Source of the DNA: Eledone cirrhosa
Taxonomy: Eukaryota
Assembly: GCA_964016885.1 (NCBI GenBank)
Contig: OZ024740.1
Coordinates: 393,824,001-393,888,000 of the forward strand
DNA length: 64,000 nucleotides
Direction of reading: 5' to 3'
Under the pieces are notes generated by a model. That model had not been told where the DNA came from. It was given only the letters and a program-made list of their open reading frames with translations, and did not search any database. Of the stretch, positions 30,938 through 43,060 are shown piece after piece. Numbering within the stretch: position 1 is the first letter of the stretch; each line of letters begins with the position of its first letter. Made by a program: the position numbers and the translations under genes.

Positions 30938-31229
30938 GCGGTGGATTGGCAGTATTGGGAGAGGGTCGGACGCCATGCTTTGACGTATAGAGTTACGGCC
31001 CTTGCCATTCTGAGTTCAAATCCCGCCGAGGTTAACTTTGCCTTTCATCCTTACGGGGTCGATAAAATAAAGTACCAGTAATGCACTGGCATAATTGCTG
31101 GCCTTGTGCCTAATGTAGAAACAATTATTAGTTAACTTTGCCTTTCATCCTTACGGGGTCTATAAAATAAAGTACCAGTAATGCACTGGTTAATTGCTGG
31201 CCTTGTGCCTAAAGTAGAAACAATTATTA
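30938..31229 (+). mobile_element. full SINE followed by a 5'-truncated SINE
   Basis: TSD ATTATTAGTTAACTTTGC at 30922-30939 and 31124-31141; second copy 31130-31229. Confidence 0.88.
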
Positions 31230-31723
31230 GGAGGCCGATATTGAAAGCAACAGTCAAGTGATCTGACAAAACTGTTAAAGCGTCAATGAAGATACTTTAC
31301 AGCATTTGATTCGGCTCTGTACATTAAAAAAATCTAGTCCTAACGAGGGAGTCTCTTGACAAGCTTGTAACCACATAGCTAAAGTGAAATTGCAATTAAA
31401 ATGCACATGCTACAAAGCACAAGCGGAATACGAGGAATAATTGGGTAAATATTTGTCTATTTTTTCTTAACACTTACAATTCTATTTAGTTCGGATTAAT
31501 TGATTGTTTATTTAATTAAAACCTCTGGGCTACCAGGAAAAGTTAGGTAAATTTTGTCTGTTAGTTCTTCACACATTTTATATAGCTCTGAATAATTGAA
31601 TATGTATCTGATTCATTCATCGAGCAAAAACCAGTTGAAGGTGGACAACACTCATATATGTGTTTAAGCTTATGCATAAAATGTATGTTTCCTCTATAAT
31701 TGTCGCTCTTGTGTTGTGTTGGG

Positions 31724-31957
31724 TCTCGCTCTTGTGTTGGGTCTGCTAATATGCAGATCTGACTAATCAGCCAGTCTGCTAATATGCAAATCAGGCCGAT
31801 CAGTCACTGTATATTTCAGAAAATATCATATATTTTCACTAGCTCTGACAGTGACATAGCTCTTTGGCAGGTAAGCAGTAAACTGCACTGGTAAAGGTTA
31901 ATCACCCAGAAACATTAGTGTCTGCAGTTATGTTTGCATGCCAACACAAGAGCGAGA
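31724..31957. mobile_element. possible MITE with 17-bp TIR
   Basis: TCTCGCTCTTGTGTTGG (31724-31740) / CCAACACAAGAGCGAGA (31941-31957). Confidence 0.4.
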
Positions 31958-32096
31958 ATGAGGGGTTCATGCTACTGATATGGCTTATAAAAGAGGGTAT
32001 TTGCATAATTGCAAACGAATCGAATATTATTATTAATATTCTAAAAACTCAGATTGCATTTATTGTAGTCAGCCATGTAGAGCGTTAACTGGTTGT

Positions 32097-32136
<40 letters not shown>

Positions 32137-32499
32137 GTGAAGGCATTTCACATATGCATTCTCGTTCTTATGTGGACTCAATATAAGCAGTATGGAATAA
32201 ATTTACTGTTGGAGGACTCAATTGAAGTGGGAAATTTCAACTCAGAAAATTAATAAAGTGTAGACAACGAACGAAAACAAAGCCGAAATGGAAAACCATT
32301 TTTTGAAGGGGAAACCTTAAAAAATTGTATTTTGAAAATATAAATACAAACAAAAGATCGTTACCAACGATACTGCTAGTCCAGCGTCTGACACAAGCCA
32401 AAGCGCTGTCAATGGAGTAAAAAACAAGACAAAACAATCATTTGTAGCAATTAATTTATAACATGTACACACAAGAGCAAAGATGAGGGGCCTATTCTT

Positions 32500-32661
<162 letters not shown>

Positions 32662-32754
32662 AATGGGCAAAATCCCGACTGCGACGACAAACGATTTCGA
32701 CTTGTGTGTTCAGCAAGCCATCACGGTCTCAGAACCGTAGACTCTACACATACC

Positions 32755-33158
32755 TATAAGCAATGCCTGTGCCGTGAAGCTTTTATAGTGAGCAAAGGCA
32801 CTGCACAAAGCCAGTCCCACTCTCTTAACCAAGATGATATTTACCAAAAAGAAGAACAAGTCAACATCATTGGATACCATCAGGGTTGCAGGTGTTATAT
32901 CAGAGTTTTCCTTCTCCTAGAATTCTGCCTTGACAAAGGCTAGGGGGTCATCTCTCCCGGTGATTTTGGATGGCCATTGACTCTTAAGAGCTCCTTTGCC
33001 CTTTGACAGGTTTTGTTTTTAGTCCTGCAGGATGTCCAAAGTCACCCTCCTCACCAAGAAACCTTGTTGGGGTTGCCAGTTTAGTCGCCAACGACCCGAC
33101 CATGGGACAGGTTGTACTGGAATACATGTTACCAGTAGCACCAACTGGTGACCTGACA
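32755..33158 (-). mobile_element. RTE-5'UTR-like non-autonomous repeat
   Basis: Homologous to 37966-38320 and 47469-47998; CTAGGAGAAGGAAAACTCTGA on the minus strand; 5' side abuts CATACATAC. Confidence 0.6.
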
Positions 33159-33855
33159 TACATACGTATATACATACATACATAGATACTTACGTACGTA
33201 AGTACGTACAAGATGGATCTGGGGCTAAACAACAATATAAAACAAAGCAAATAGTCCACTCTACTACTTTGCCATATTCCGTTTGATAATGTTAAGAACA
33301 TAATGAGTTACTTAGTGAAGGTGGTTTAATAGTAAAAAATATAGGAATTTATTCATTGCACTAACAAAAACTGTTACCGGAGTCATTAAGGTCGGTCGGT
33401 TTGCCGACATAAATAATATATATACGTTTCCTATTTCGTTACTGGCTCCCTTCTATATTTCTTGGTCGAGATATTTCTATGTGTTCATTTCAGCTATATC
33501 TGAATTATTAGTTAAAGTGCTACAGTAAGGAGCTTCAGCACCACATAATGAATGTCTGTTTTGTTAGTTTGCACGACGAGTGTGTTTATCAGAGTGTTTA
33601 GCTTGGGCTGTACTCAAAGCCCTAGATACACTAGCTTAGATACATAAAACCTTCAAGTACTCACCCTAAGACACAATGAGCAAGAAAGTGCAGGAACTCA
33701 ATAATTCATTATACTGTGACGAATTGTCATCTATGTAAATTCAAATAACATAGTTAATGCTATATATCTTTGTGCGCAAATATAAATGTATGTATGTATG
33801 TATGTATGTATGTATGTATGTATGTATGTATGTATGTTTTTTTTTTTTTTTTTTT

Positions 33856-36800
33856 CTTTTTCCAATTCAATGATGTTCCAGAACAATGTAAACGAGATAA
33901 TTGCCAATTTGGGTTCTGGAACAAAAAAGATCATTGGCAATAAGGGCAGGGGCCCCAAGTTATCACAACCTGGGCCCGCCCGTCATCGTGCCATTGTAAT
34001 AGAGCCAAACAGGGCATTTAGTGTTGGCTGCTGGAACGTACGGACGCTGCTTGACAGGGATTCTTTGGAGCGTCCTGAACGAAGGACCGCTCTTGTTGCA
34101 AAGGAGCTTCGACGTTACGATCTTGACATCGTGGCTTTGTCTGAGACGAGGTTAGCTGGAGATGGTCATCTTACGGAATTTTGTGGAGAATATACATTTT
34201 TCTGGAAAGGAAGAGATGAAGGAACCAGAAGAGAGGCTGGGGTAGGATTTGCTGTTAAGACTGTACTGGTGAATAAATTGGAAGAATTCCCAGTGGGGAT
34301 TAGTGAGCGTCTTATGTCCATGAGAGTTCCGCTGGACAAGGGAAGATATGCTACCCTGGTGAGTGTGTATGCTCCAACTATGAATTCTGTCGATGAAGAA
34401 AAACTGTCCTTTTACCATGCCTTGAAAGGTGTTTTAAGAAATATCCCTCAGGCAGACAAAGTCATCGTGCTTGGTGACTTTAATGCTAGAGTGGGTAGGG
34501 ATTTTAACACATGGAATGTAATCGGAAGGCATGGGGTGGGAAAGTGTAACAGCAATGGTATGCTCTTGCTGCGGATGTGTGAGGAGCTGGATCTGTGTGT
34601 TACCAACACCATGTTCCAACAAAAGAACAAATTCAAGACCACATGGATGCATCCTGCATCTAAGGAATGGGATCTTTTGGACTACGTCCTAGTCAGGATG
34701 CGTGACAGACAGGATGTGCAGTGTGTTCGTGTTCTTCGTGGAGCTGAGTGCTGGACGGACCACCGCCTGGTACGCGCAAAAGTGAATCTAATCACCAAAC
34801 GTAAAATCCGGGCTCCTGGTGTTACCCTGCCCAAAAGATTGAATGCTGCTCGTCTTAAGGATAAAAATGTGAAGAGGACATTGGAAGAAGAGATGCAGGC
34901 TGCAGATCTTGGTGAGGATTGGCCGACCCTTAATAAGTCGGTTTATGATGTAGGCAGACGTGTTCTGGGATTGGTGCAGAGAAAACATCAGGACAGGTTT
35001 AATGAGAAAGATGTGCATATAGATGACTTGTTGGCTGATAAGAGGCGCGCTCTGTCACGCTACTTGACGGCAAAACCACAGGAGAGGAATACGTTGCATG
35101 AGGAGCTCAGGGATGTAAAATCACGTGTTAGGCGGAGTCTTTCTCAGATGAAGGATCAGTGGTGGAGTGAGAAGGCTGGTGAGATACAAACTGCGTCTGA
35201 TTGCAATAACACAAAGCTGTTGTACAGTCTCTTGCGTGAGGTTTATGGACCGTCTTCTTCTCTGGTGACACCGATTCGCAGCAAGGATGGCAAAGAACTT
35301 CTTCGTGACTCACAGGGAATTCTACGAAGGTGGCGAGAGCACTTTGATGATCTTTTGAATCAGCCGTCTGTCGTCAGTGAAGATTTCCTCAATCTCATTC
35401 CGGAAAGTCCTGTGAAAGTAGCTCTCGCAGAACCTCCGACACTTGTGGAGGTTGCAGTGGCTATTTCGAAGCTGAACAGTGGAAGATCTCCAGGTATGGA
35501 TGGCATACATGCTGAGCTCCTACAATATGGTGGTGAGAGACTCCTGCAACATCTTCACTCTCTGTTTGGAAGGATATGGGCTAATGAATCCGTGCCTGAG
35601 GACTGGAGAGATGCAGTAATGGTGGTCTTGTACAAGGGAAAGGGTAACAGGAATGATTGTGGGAACTACAGAGGTATATCATTGCTTTCTGTCGTGGGGA
35701 AAGTTTTATGTAGGGTGCTTCTGGACCGTCTGCTGACACACATTGCAGATTGTGTCCTTCCTGAAAGTCAATCTGGTTTTCGTGTTGGACGCGGCACTAC
35801 TGATATGATCTTCTCAGCTAGACAGCTCCAGGAGAAGTGCATTGAACAGGGCTTGGATCTGTGTCAGGTTTTTGTCGATCTGACAAAGGCTTTCGATACT
35901 GTCAACAGAGATGCATTATGGAAGGTTCTCCAGAAACTTGGTTGCCCTGATAAGTTCCTTGCTTTAGTTAGGTCTTTCCATGACGACATGAAGGCTTGGG
36001 TTAATGTCGGAGGTAACATGTCGGAGCCTATCTCAGTAAAAAATGGAGTGAAACAGGGGGATATTCCAGCACCGACCCTGTTTGCCATATACTTTGCAAT
36101 GGTTTTCTGTATTGCATTCAGGAATTGCGAGCATGGTGTTTACATCCGATATCGAACCTCAGGCAGCATATTTAACATCAGGCGCTTTGCTGCGAAGACA
36201 AAAGTATTTACATCAGTCATAAGAGACCTCTTGTATGCAGATGATTGCGATCTTGTAGCGCACACAGAGAGTGATATGCAGCACATTTTGAATGTATTTT
36301 CTGACGCTTGCACTGCCCTGGGTTTGACTGTCAGTCTCAAGAAAACCGTCGTCATGTACCAACCTGCACCTGGTAGGCAGTACACTGAACCAAACATCTA
36401 TGTGTATGGCAGACGACTTGGAGTGGTTGATCAGTTTGTCTACCTGGGAAGCACTGTCAATCGATACGGCAACCTTGACAGTGAAATCTCACTTAGGATT
36501 AGGAAAGCAAGTGATGCTTTCGGAAAGCTAGAAAGGCGACTCTGGGGTCGGCGAGACATATGCAGGAGGACAAAGGTAAAGGTGTACAGGGCATGTGTAC
36601 TCTCTTGTCTTCTTTATGCCTGCGAGACCTGGGTCACATATCGACGCCACCTTAAGCAATTGGAGCGTTTCCATCAGATGTGTCTCAGACGGATACATGG
36701 CGTTCGCTGGAGGGACCACATCAGAGATGTCGAGATTTTGGAAAGCTCTATGTGTGACAGTATAGAAGCTCTTGTGCTTAAGCAGCGACTCCGTTGGAGT

Positions 36801-37423
36801 GGTCACCTTGCCAGGATGAAGGATTCTAGAATACCAAAACAACTCTTCTATGGAGAGTTGGTTAAAGGAAAACGACCGCCACATAAACCAAAAAAGAGGT
36901 ATAAGGATTCCTTGAAAGCCTCTCTGAAAGACGCTAACATCTCTGCTGATACATGGGAAAATATTGCTGCTGATCGTAATAAATGGAGAAAGACTGTATA
37001 TGAGGGAAAAGTTGCCTTTGAGGCATCTCGAATCGCACACGAGAAAGTAAAGCGGGACGTGAGGAAGGGTATTGCTGTTGCACTTCCAGACGGCGAGGGT
37101 CCTCCTATGTTTCTGACATGCAGCGTCTGTGCGAGACTCTGCCTAAGCAAAGCTGGACTCGAAAGTCATCTTCGCAGTCATAAAGTAAGACCAGTGGTTG
37201 ACTACCAGGCTGCTGTTGGAGATGCTACTCATCATGCTTGCCAAACATGTGGTAGAGAATGTAAATCAGCAGGAGGACTCAAGCGACATGCAAAAGTACA
37301 CGAACTCCAACCACAGCCGACTATTCCCAGTAAATGTTTTGGTTGCCGACTCTGTGCAAGACATTTTAGATCATTGGCTGGGCTAAAAAGCCACATTCGA
37401 TCGCAGCACTGTTAGTTGCTATC

Positions 37424-37461
<38 letters not shown>

Positions 37462-37540
37462 GCTTATGTGCGTGCGTGTGTGTGTATATATATATGAATA
37501 TGTATATTATTATTGTTGTTGTCGTTATTATTATTATTGC

Positions 37541-37589
<49 letters not shown>

Positions 37590-37711
37590 GTTATTAATGT
37601 ATGTGTGTATATATGTGTGAGTGTATGTGTATGTATGTGTGTGTGTATATATGTATGTATGTGTATGTATGTGTGTGTGTATATATATGTGTATATATAT
37701 ATATATATGTA

Positions 37712-37746
<35 letters not shown>

Positions 37747-37768
37747 CTTTTCCCTTTTTTTTTTTTTT

Positions 37769-37822
<54 letters not shown>

Positions 37823-37912
37823 TTTTTATTTTATTTATTTATTTATTTTTTTATTTTTTTATTTTTTTTTATTGTGCAATGGCCATACTCGATAACGAGG
37901 GGGCAGCCATCA
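33856..37912 (+). mobile_element. RTE-clade LINE with intact ORF, between (TATG)n tracts
   Basis: (TATG)n at 33786-33836 and 37912-37966; 3' terminus GCAATGGCCATACTCGATAACGAGGGGGCAGCCATCAT recurs at 48038 and, diverged, at 43025. Confidence 0.9.
33870..37415 (+). CDS. RTE ORF: AP endonuclease + reverse transcriptase + three C2H2 zinc fingers (~1181 aa)
   Basis: WNVRTL, ALSETR, GDFNARVG, WTDH; NYRGISLL, DLTKAFDTV, GVKQG, LLYADD; three CxxC..H..H motifs. Start moved to the first ATG after the microsatellite. Confidence 0.93.
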   Translation: MMFQNNVNEIIANLGSGTKKIIGNKGRGPKLSQPGPARHRAIVIEPNRAFSVGCWNVRTLLDRDSLERPERRTALVAKELRRYDLDIVALSETRLAGDGHLTEFCGEYTFFWKGRDEGTRREAGVGFAVKTVLVNKLEEFPVGISERLMSMRVPLDKGRYATLVSVYAPTMNSVDEEKLSFYHALKGVLRNIPQADKVIVLGDFNARVGRDFNTWNVIGRHGVGKCNSNGMLLLRMCEELDLCVTNTMFQQKNKFKTTWMHPASKEWDLLDYVLVRMRDRQDVQCVRVLRGAECWTDHRLVRAKVNLITKRKIRAPGVTLPKRLNAARLKDKNVKRTLEEEMQAADLGEDWPTLNKSVYDVGRRVLGLVQRKHQDRFNEKDVHIDDLLADKRRALSRYLTAKPQERNTLHEELRDVKSRVRRSLSQMKDQWWSEKAGEIQTASDCNNTKLLYSLLREVYGPSSSLVTPIRSKDGKELLRDSQGILRRWREHFDDLLNQPSVVSEDFLNLIPESPVKVALAEPPTLVEVAVAISKLNSGRSPGMDGIHAELLQYGGERLLQHLHSLFGRIWANESVPEDWRDAVMVVLYKGKGNRNDCGNYRGISLLSVVGKVLCRVLLDRLLTHIADCVLPESQSGFRVGRGTTDMIFSARQLQEKCIEQGLDLCQVFVDLTKAFDTVNRDALWKVLQKLGCPDKFLALVRSFHDDMKAWVNVGGNMSEPISVKNGVKQGDIPAPTLFAIYFAMVFCIAFRNCEHGVYIRYRTSGSIFNIRRFAAKTKVFTSVIRDLLYADDCDLVAHTESDMQHILNVFSDACTALGLTVSLKKTVVMYQPAPGRQYTEPNIYVYGRRLGVVDQFVYLGSTVNRYGNLDSEISLRIRKASDAFGKLERRLWGRRDICRRTKVKVYRACVLSCLLYACETWVTYRRHLKQLERFHQMCLRRIHGVRWRDHIRDVEILESSMCDSIEALVLKQRLRWSGHLARMKDSRIPKQLFYGELVKGKRPPHKPKKRYKDSLKASLKDANISADTWENIAADRNKWRKTVYEGKVAFEASRIAHEKVKRDVRKGIAVALPDGEGPPMFLTCSVCARLCLSKAGLESHLRSHKVRPVVDYQAAVGDATHHACQTCGRECKSAGGLKRHAKVHELQPQPTIPSKCFGCRLCARHFRSLAGLKSHIRSQHC

Positions 37913-37965
37913 TGTATGTATGTATGTATGTATGTATGTATGTATGTATGTATGTATGTATGTAT

Positions 37966-38320
37966 GTTTTTAGTCTTTCAGGATGTCCAAAGTCACCCTC
38001 CTCACCAAGAAACCTTGGTGGGGTTGCCAGTTTAGTCGCCAACGACCCGACCATGAGACAGGTTGTACTGTCAAAGGGCAAAGGAGCTCTTAAGAGTCAA
38101 TGGCCATCCAAAATCACCGTGAGAGATGACCCCTTAGCCTTTGTCAAGGCAGAATTCTAGGAGAAGGAAAACTCTGATATAACACCTGCAACCATGATGG
38201 TATCCAATGATGTTGACTTGTTCTTCTTTTTGGTAAATATCATCTTGGTTAAGAGAGTGGGACTGGCTTTGTGCAGTGCCTTTGCTTACTATAAAAGCTT
38301 CACGGCACAGGCATTGCTTT
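37966..38320 (+). mobile_element. RTE-5'UTR-like repeat with inverted 5' segment
   Basis: 37966-38070 is inverted relative to 38071-38320 when compared with the colinear copies at 32755 and 47469. Confidence 0.6.
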
Positions 38321-39202
38321 ATATCTGGAGATCTCTCTGCACTTGTCGTCACATGGTACCATGGGCCCAGCACTATGTGTCAATAATTGCCACAAGTGTA
38401 GTGTTTGTACCAGAGTTTTCAAGTCGCTGGCTGGACTAAAAAGTCACACTCGTTCAGCGCATCGGTAGGGGTTCTCCTACATGGATATAAAGTAGTGGCC
38501 GTACTCGAAAACGAGTTGGCAGCCAACATGTATGTATGTATGTATCCATGTTTGTATGTCACCTTTTCTTTTAATTTCGAGTTTATATTTTGACTGACCA
38601 CTTTCTCGTATCAAGGCTGTACAGGAAAAGGCATTTTCCTCGTCCCTTGGACAATCGTTCATCTTTTGGATTGTAAGAATGTTTTATAGATTTTGAAGGG
38701 TCTCCATATTGTGGCCATTTTTAGCTTACGAATTCTAGCGCTAAGTCATTTTTCTGCAAAACGAAGTTTCGTCATAATTTGGTCCAGACCGGTTCGTATC
38801 CTGTATCGCCGATAATAATGGATATGAAACTGAGCATCTATCTTGGGTATTAGATCTGCAAATTCCTCGCCTCATTCTCTTGTATTTTTCTTACAGCATT
38901 GACATTTGAGTAGGTAGCTGACTTCTACCACAAGTCATGTGTTTAATGCGTTTATCAAAACAACATCAGGCCGGCTGTTTTGGTTTGGTAGTAGTTTGTA
39001 TTTTTAAGTTCCACCAATATGCCTTTGAGCCATCAGTCTCAATACTTTCCCCCGTATTAGTTGTTAGTTACATCTTCCGTAGAGCATTTCAAATATATCT
39101 GACTACCAAGGCCTTTCATCACTTAAAGAAAGCTATAAGCACAGGCATCACTTGATCTAAACCTCTTTTATATTTCGCTACAGCATATGCAGAAGTAAAT
39201 AT

Positions 39203-42200
39203 ATGTTTCTTTATTAGCCACAGGGGCACAAAAGAAGGGAACAAATACAAATGGGGAAATTTACATACAATAAAAACGTGTAAAATATTATCACAAATGC
39301 AATTTAAAAATTAGTCGATTTTCCCCAATAGGGGGAGACATTACATATGGGTAACACATACCCCCCGAAAAAAAAATGTGCAACCCTCATCTCCAGGAGT
39401 ACGAAGAGTTTGTACTCCCTTCCTCGCCTCCTCTTTTCCCTCAACCTACAGGCTGATATAGAGAGAAGGCCCATTCCCTCGGGCCATTCTCGCCACTTTC
39501 ACCCACCTTTCATAAAACTTGCTGGGGGACAGCACCGCTCTCTCCATCCTGATTCTTCTTCCAAAGTGGTATTTGAAAAAAAGAATCAGTTGTTGGCCGG
39601 AGAGAAAGGTGTCTGACCTCAGCCCTTTCAACCTTGTCCACCATACAACCTCTTTCGCCATAGCTATCACACAAAGGAAAACCACCTCTCCTTCGTTTTT
39701 GAAGGAGGGTGGCGGTTTGATCATGACAATGGACTCGGTGGTTAACCGGATTGGTCCCACCCGCGACAATAGTCGTTTCACATAGCCCCACAGGTCGGTG
39801 ACGCCCAGAGTTTTACCGAGCACGTTGTCGCACTTGCTGCGGATCAACCCTCTATAGAATGACGAAGTGGAGTCTCCACTGATCGCTGGGTCCGCCTGCC
39901 AGAGGGCTGTGAGCGCCTGAGCACATTCGATGTGCCAGTCGCCCATTTTCCTCGGTCTTTGCTTGACCTAGGACTGCAGCTCGGTCAGCGAGACGAGTCG
40001 TGGGAAGACTCGCCTCACGAATGGGGCCCACACCGGTTGTTCGGTGAGGAATACGTAGAGATGCCGCAGCCTGAGCGCGTGTTTGCGCATCGTCAGCCAC
40101 GACATCCCCACCCCTCCGTTGGGAGGGTGTTGGCAGCAGATGGATCTTCTCACGAAAGGAGCCCGCCTCTTCCAAAGGAATTGGAGGAGCGCGCGCTCCA
40201 TTTTGGCGAGCGTTTTGGCTGGACAAGGCACAACGGTCAAGCGGTAGTAGATAGCGGTAGTAAAGACCGAATGGTGGACTTGTTGCCACCTTTGGCCTCC
40301 GTCACTCGGGCCCAGCTAACAGCTTTGGCTCCCTCGTTTCCCAGAGCACGTATTTTGCTTCTGAAAAACGTAGCCCTCATGCTTTGCGTCGAAGAACTGG
40401 TCCAAGGCCGTTCTCGTTGCTAGCACGCTGGCTACGTTGCCACTTCTAATTGCCTCTTCTACTTTATCTCCCAGTTCTTTCTCGGTTCTATTTCTATTTA
40501 ACGTTAATTCTTTACTAAAAACTAACGAGTCGAATCTAACTGCCCTCTTGAGAGAGTACCACCTTCTGTTGTTGACAATGGCCCCTGTCAAGTGCTGTTT
40601 AACTAAAGTGCTAATCCGTCTACTGTAGGCTTTGCATGTCGGTAACGACAAGTTTAGCTTCCAGTAGCCGGGTCCTTGTCTATGGGTTCTATCAAGGTTG
40701 ACTATGCAGATCACTAGTTTGTGATCTGAATAGGCAACCATGAACATTTGTGGACAGCTTAACATGACCCTATCCTTATTTCTAACTAGAACCCTATCTA
40801 GGTACGATCTAGATGTTCCACTGCGATTAGCCCACGTCCACAGTGGCACAGTCGGAAAATCTAGTCGATATCTATCGGCCAGGTCAAATCGGCCAATTAA
40901 CTGTTTGAGGATTTTACACCCCCCCCCTTTATCGGGACGTGCTCCCACATAGTCCCAACGTGCATCTAGGATTCCATTCCAGTCCCCCACTAAAAGCAAG
41001 GAGCGGGACGTTCACAGATAAGTCTCTAGACGCTTGAAGAAGTCTGGCCGCGGTGTCCCGGATGGGGCATATGCGGCCACCAGTCTGAAGGCTCCACCTT
41101 CACTACCGTCAACGTCTAGGACCACCAGTCGACCCTCCGGATCCAGATGTACTGTCTTTGTTACGAGGCCCAGGTGTTTCCGCAGCAAAACGGCAACCCC
41201 GCCCCCTCCCCTCGGCCGACAGAGAGATGCGTAGATCTCAAAGTCATTGAAGATGGGGGTCAGCTGTCGCTCGCTGTGGCTCCTAGACTCACAAATGGCT
41301 ACTACATCCATACTGTTCGACCTGAGGTCGTTTAAGGGTTTTCCCTGTTTCCAGGGCATCCCCAGGCCGCGTACATTCACACACCCAACTCTTATATTGG
41401 CCATGTTGGTTCTGAAAAGTTAAAAGAGGAGAAGAAAACACTCACCTCTTCGTCTTCCGGGGACCAGGCCGCACGGTTTCCATGGGGGTGTTAGAGGGGT
41501 TGTCTGGGTGGGTGGTGGTTTCCGGCGGAGTGGGGACGGAGATGTTTGGTGGGGTTGGGGTGTCTGGGATGGGTGTGTCTGGGGTGAGGCTGGGGAAACT
41601 TTTTAAAAGGACGCGGTTAATGGGTTTAACACAAGGATTACCCACGTCCTTAGGAAAGTTTTGCTTTAAAGATTTATAGGTGTCCGTAGGGAGCCTAATC
41701 ATCTTTAAATTAGGTTTGTCTACACATTTCGACAAAGTTTTCCCTTCGGTTTTCACCGAAGGGTCGTTGGAGATGACCTCCATTAAAGTTTTGTTTTTAC
41801 TCTTTATGTATGTGTAATGTTCTTGTGTTGCGGTGGTTTTTGTCTGTTGTTCTTGTGGGAGCTTTCGTTTTGTTGTAGGTGTTTGTGTTTGGAGTGATGT
41901 CGTGGTTTTGTTTTCGGGACGGGGGGTTTTTGTTTGTAATGTTTGTGTTGTTTGTGTTGGTGGTTGTATGTTTGTAGTGATATGTGTTGTTTTTTTGTTC
42001 TTGTGGTGTCTTTTCTTCTTTCTTTTCGAACGGAGAGGCTCTCCCTCATCATCACTTGGTGTCTGTGTTATTTGGAAGGGGTATGTTTTGGGAAGCTGTT
42101 CTGTTTGTGGGTGTTTTTGCAGTGGCTTTAGGTGGAGTGGGGTTGGGTGGGACTGTGCTTTCATGTTTGTTTGTTGTTCTTGATTTGGTTGTGTTTGCTT

Positions 42201-42962
42201 CTTGTTGTTGTTGTTGTTGTTGTGGTGGTGGTGGTGGTAGTGGTTGTGTGGTTGTTTTGGGTGTTGGCAGTAGTACCTCTTTTTTTCTTTAGTTAACTGA
42301 GGACAGTAAGCGTTTAGGTGACCACTGCTTGTACCATTGAATGTGCCTCTGGAGGACTTTCCCACCGAAATGATGGTGTCTTCGTCGAAATCGATGAAGC
42401 CAGTTAGAATCCACCAGACGTTTACATTTGGTGCAATGTTCGAAATTTTTATTTTTTGTGTTCTTTTTCCCATATATGTGGGGAAAAAGGTGTAAAGGTG
42501 GGACACAATCGGCGATACAGAATATTTTTGTGCTGTCAATTGGTCTTTCAACAACACCGAAATGCTTCCAAAAAGTTTCCCTTTTTGGATGAAGGCAATA
42601 TCCTTCATAGAATTCTTCAGAACCAGTTCAATATCGTTTTGGGATAATTGAACTGGTTTTTTCGACACATTTGAAACCGTCCTAAAAATTACTATTTTTA
42701 GAACAGTTTCTCTGCGTAACTGTTGAGGAGAAGTGATGCTGAAAGCACCACTCTCACCAAAAGCTACGTACTGTTTTGCATCGCTTAACATTTCCCTCGC
42801 ATTGGAAATGTCAAGGTATGTGAACAGGTCCGTCTTTTGGACGGTTTGAGCAAAGGAAATCTTCTCCTTGTTCGTGGAGTTGTTCGTGTTGCTGTTGTTG
42901 TTGGTGGTGTTGTTTTTATCATTGTTGTTGTTGTTGGTGGTGGTGTTGTTGTTATCATTGTT
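39203..42962 (-). mobile_element. Tx1 family B copy, 5'-truncated, with several internal deletions (RT domain lost)
   Basis: ORF1 remnant 41442-42791, APE remnants 41012-41404 and 40316-40999, C-terminal remnants 39446-40240; 3'UTR matches 57516-57759. Confidence 0.92.
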
Positions 42963-43060
42963 GCTAAGTCCTTTGCAAGGCTAAAAAATCACATTCATGT
43001 CATCCATGCACGAGAAAAGCGCAAGTGATGGCAATTCTCGAAATTATGATGCAGCCATCA
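42963..43060 (+). mobile_element. 3' tip of an RTE related to the 33.9 kb element
   Basis: KSFARLKNHIHVIH resembles the last finger RSLAGLKSHIRSQH; then GATGGCAATTCTCG..GCAGCCATCAT and TATGTATG. Confidence 0.55.

Noticed and set aside
33060-33158. HDV-like ribozyme in the RTE-type head (minus strand)
   Set aside because: P2- and P4-like pairings exist, but P1 and L3 do not fit the consensus.
33786-33869. N-terminal MYVC-repeat/poly-F extension of the 1209-aa ORF
   Set aside because: Read-through of the flanking (TATG)n and T-run; the plausible start is 33870 or later.
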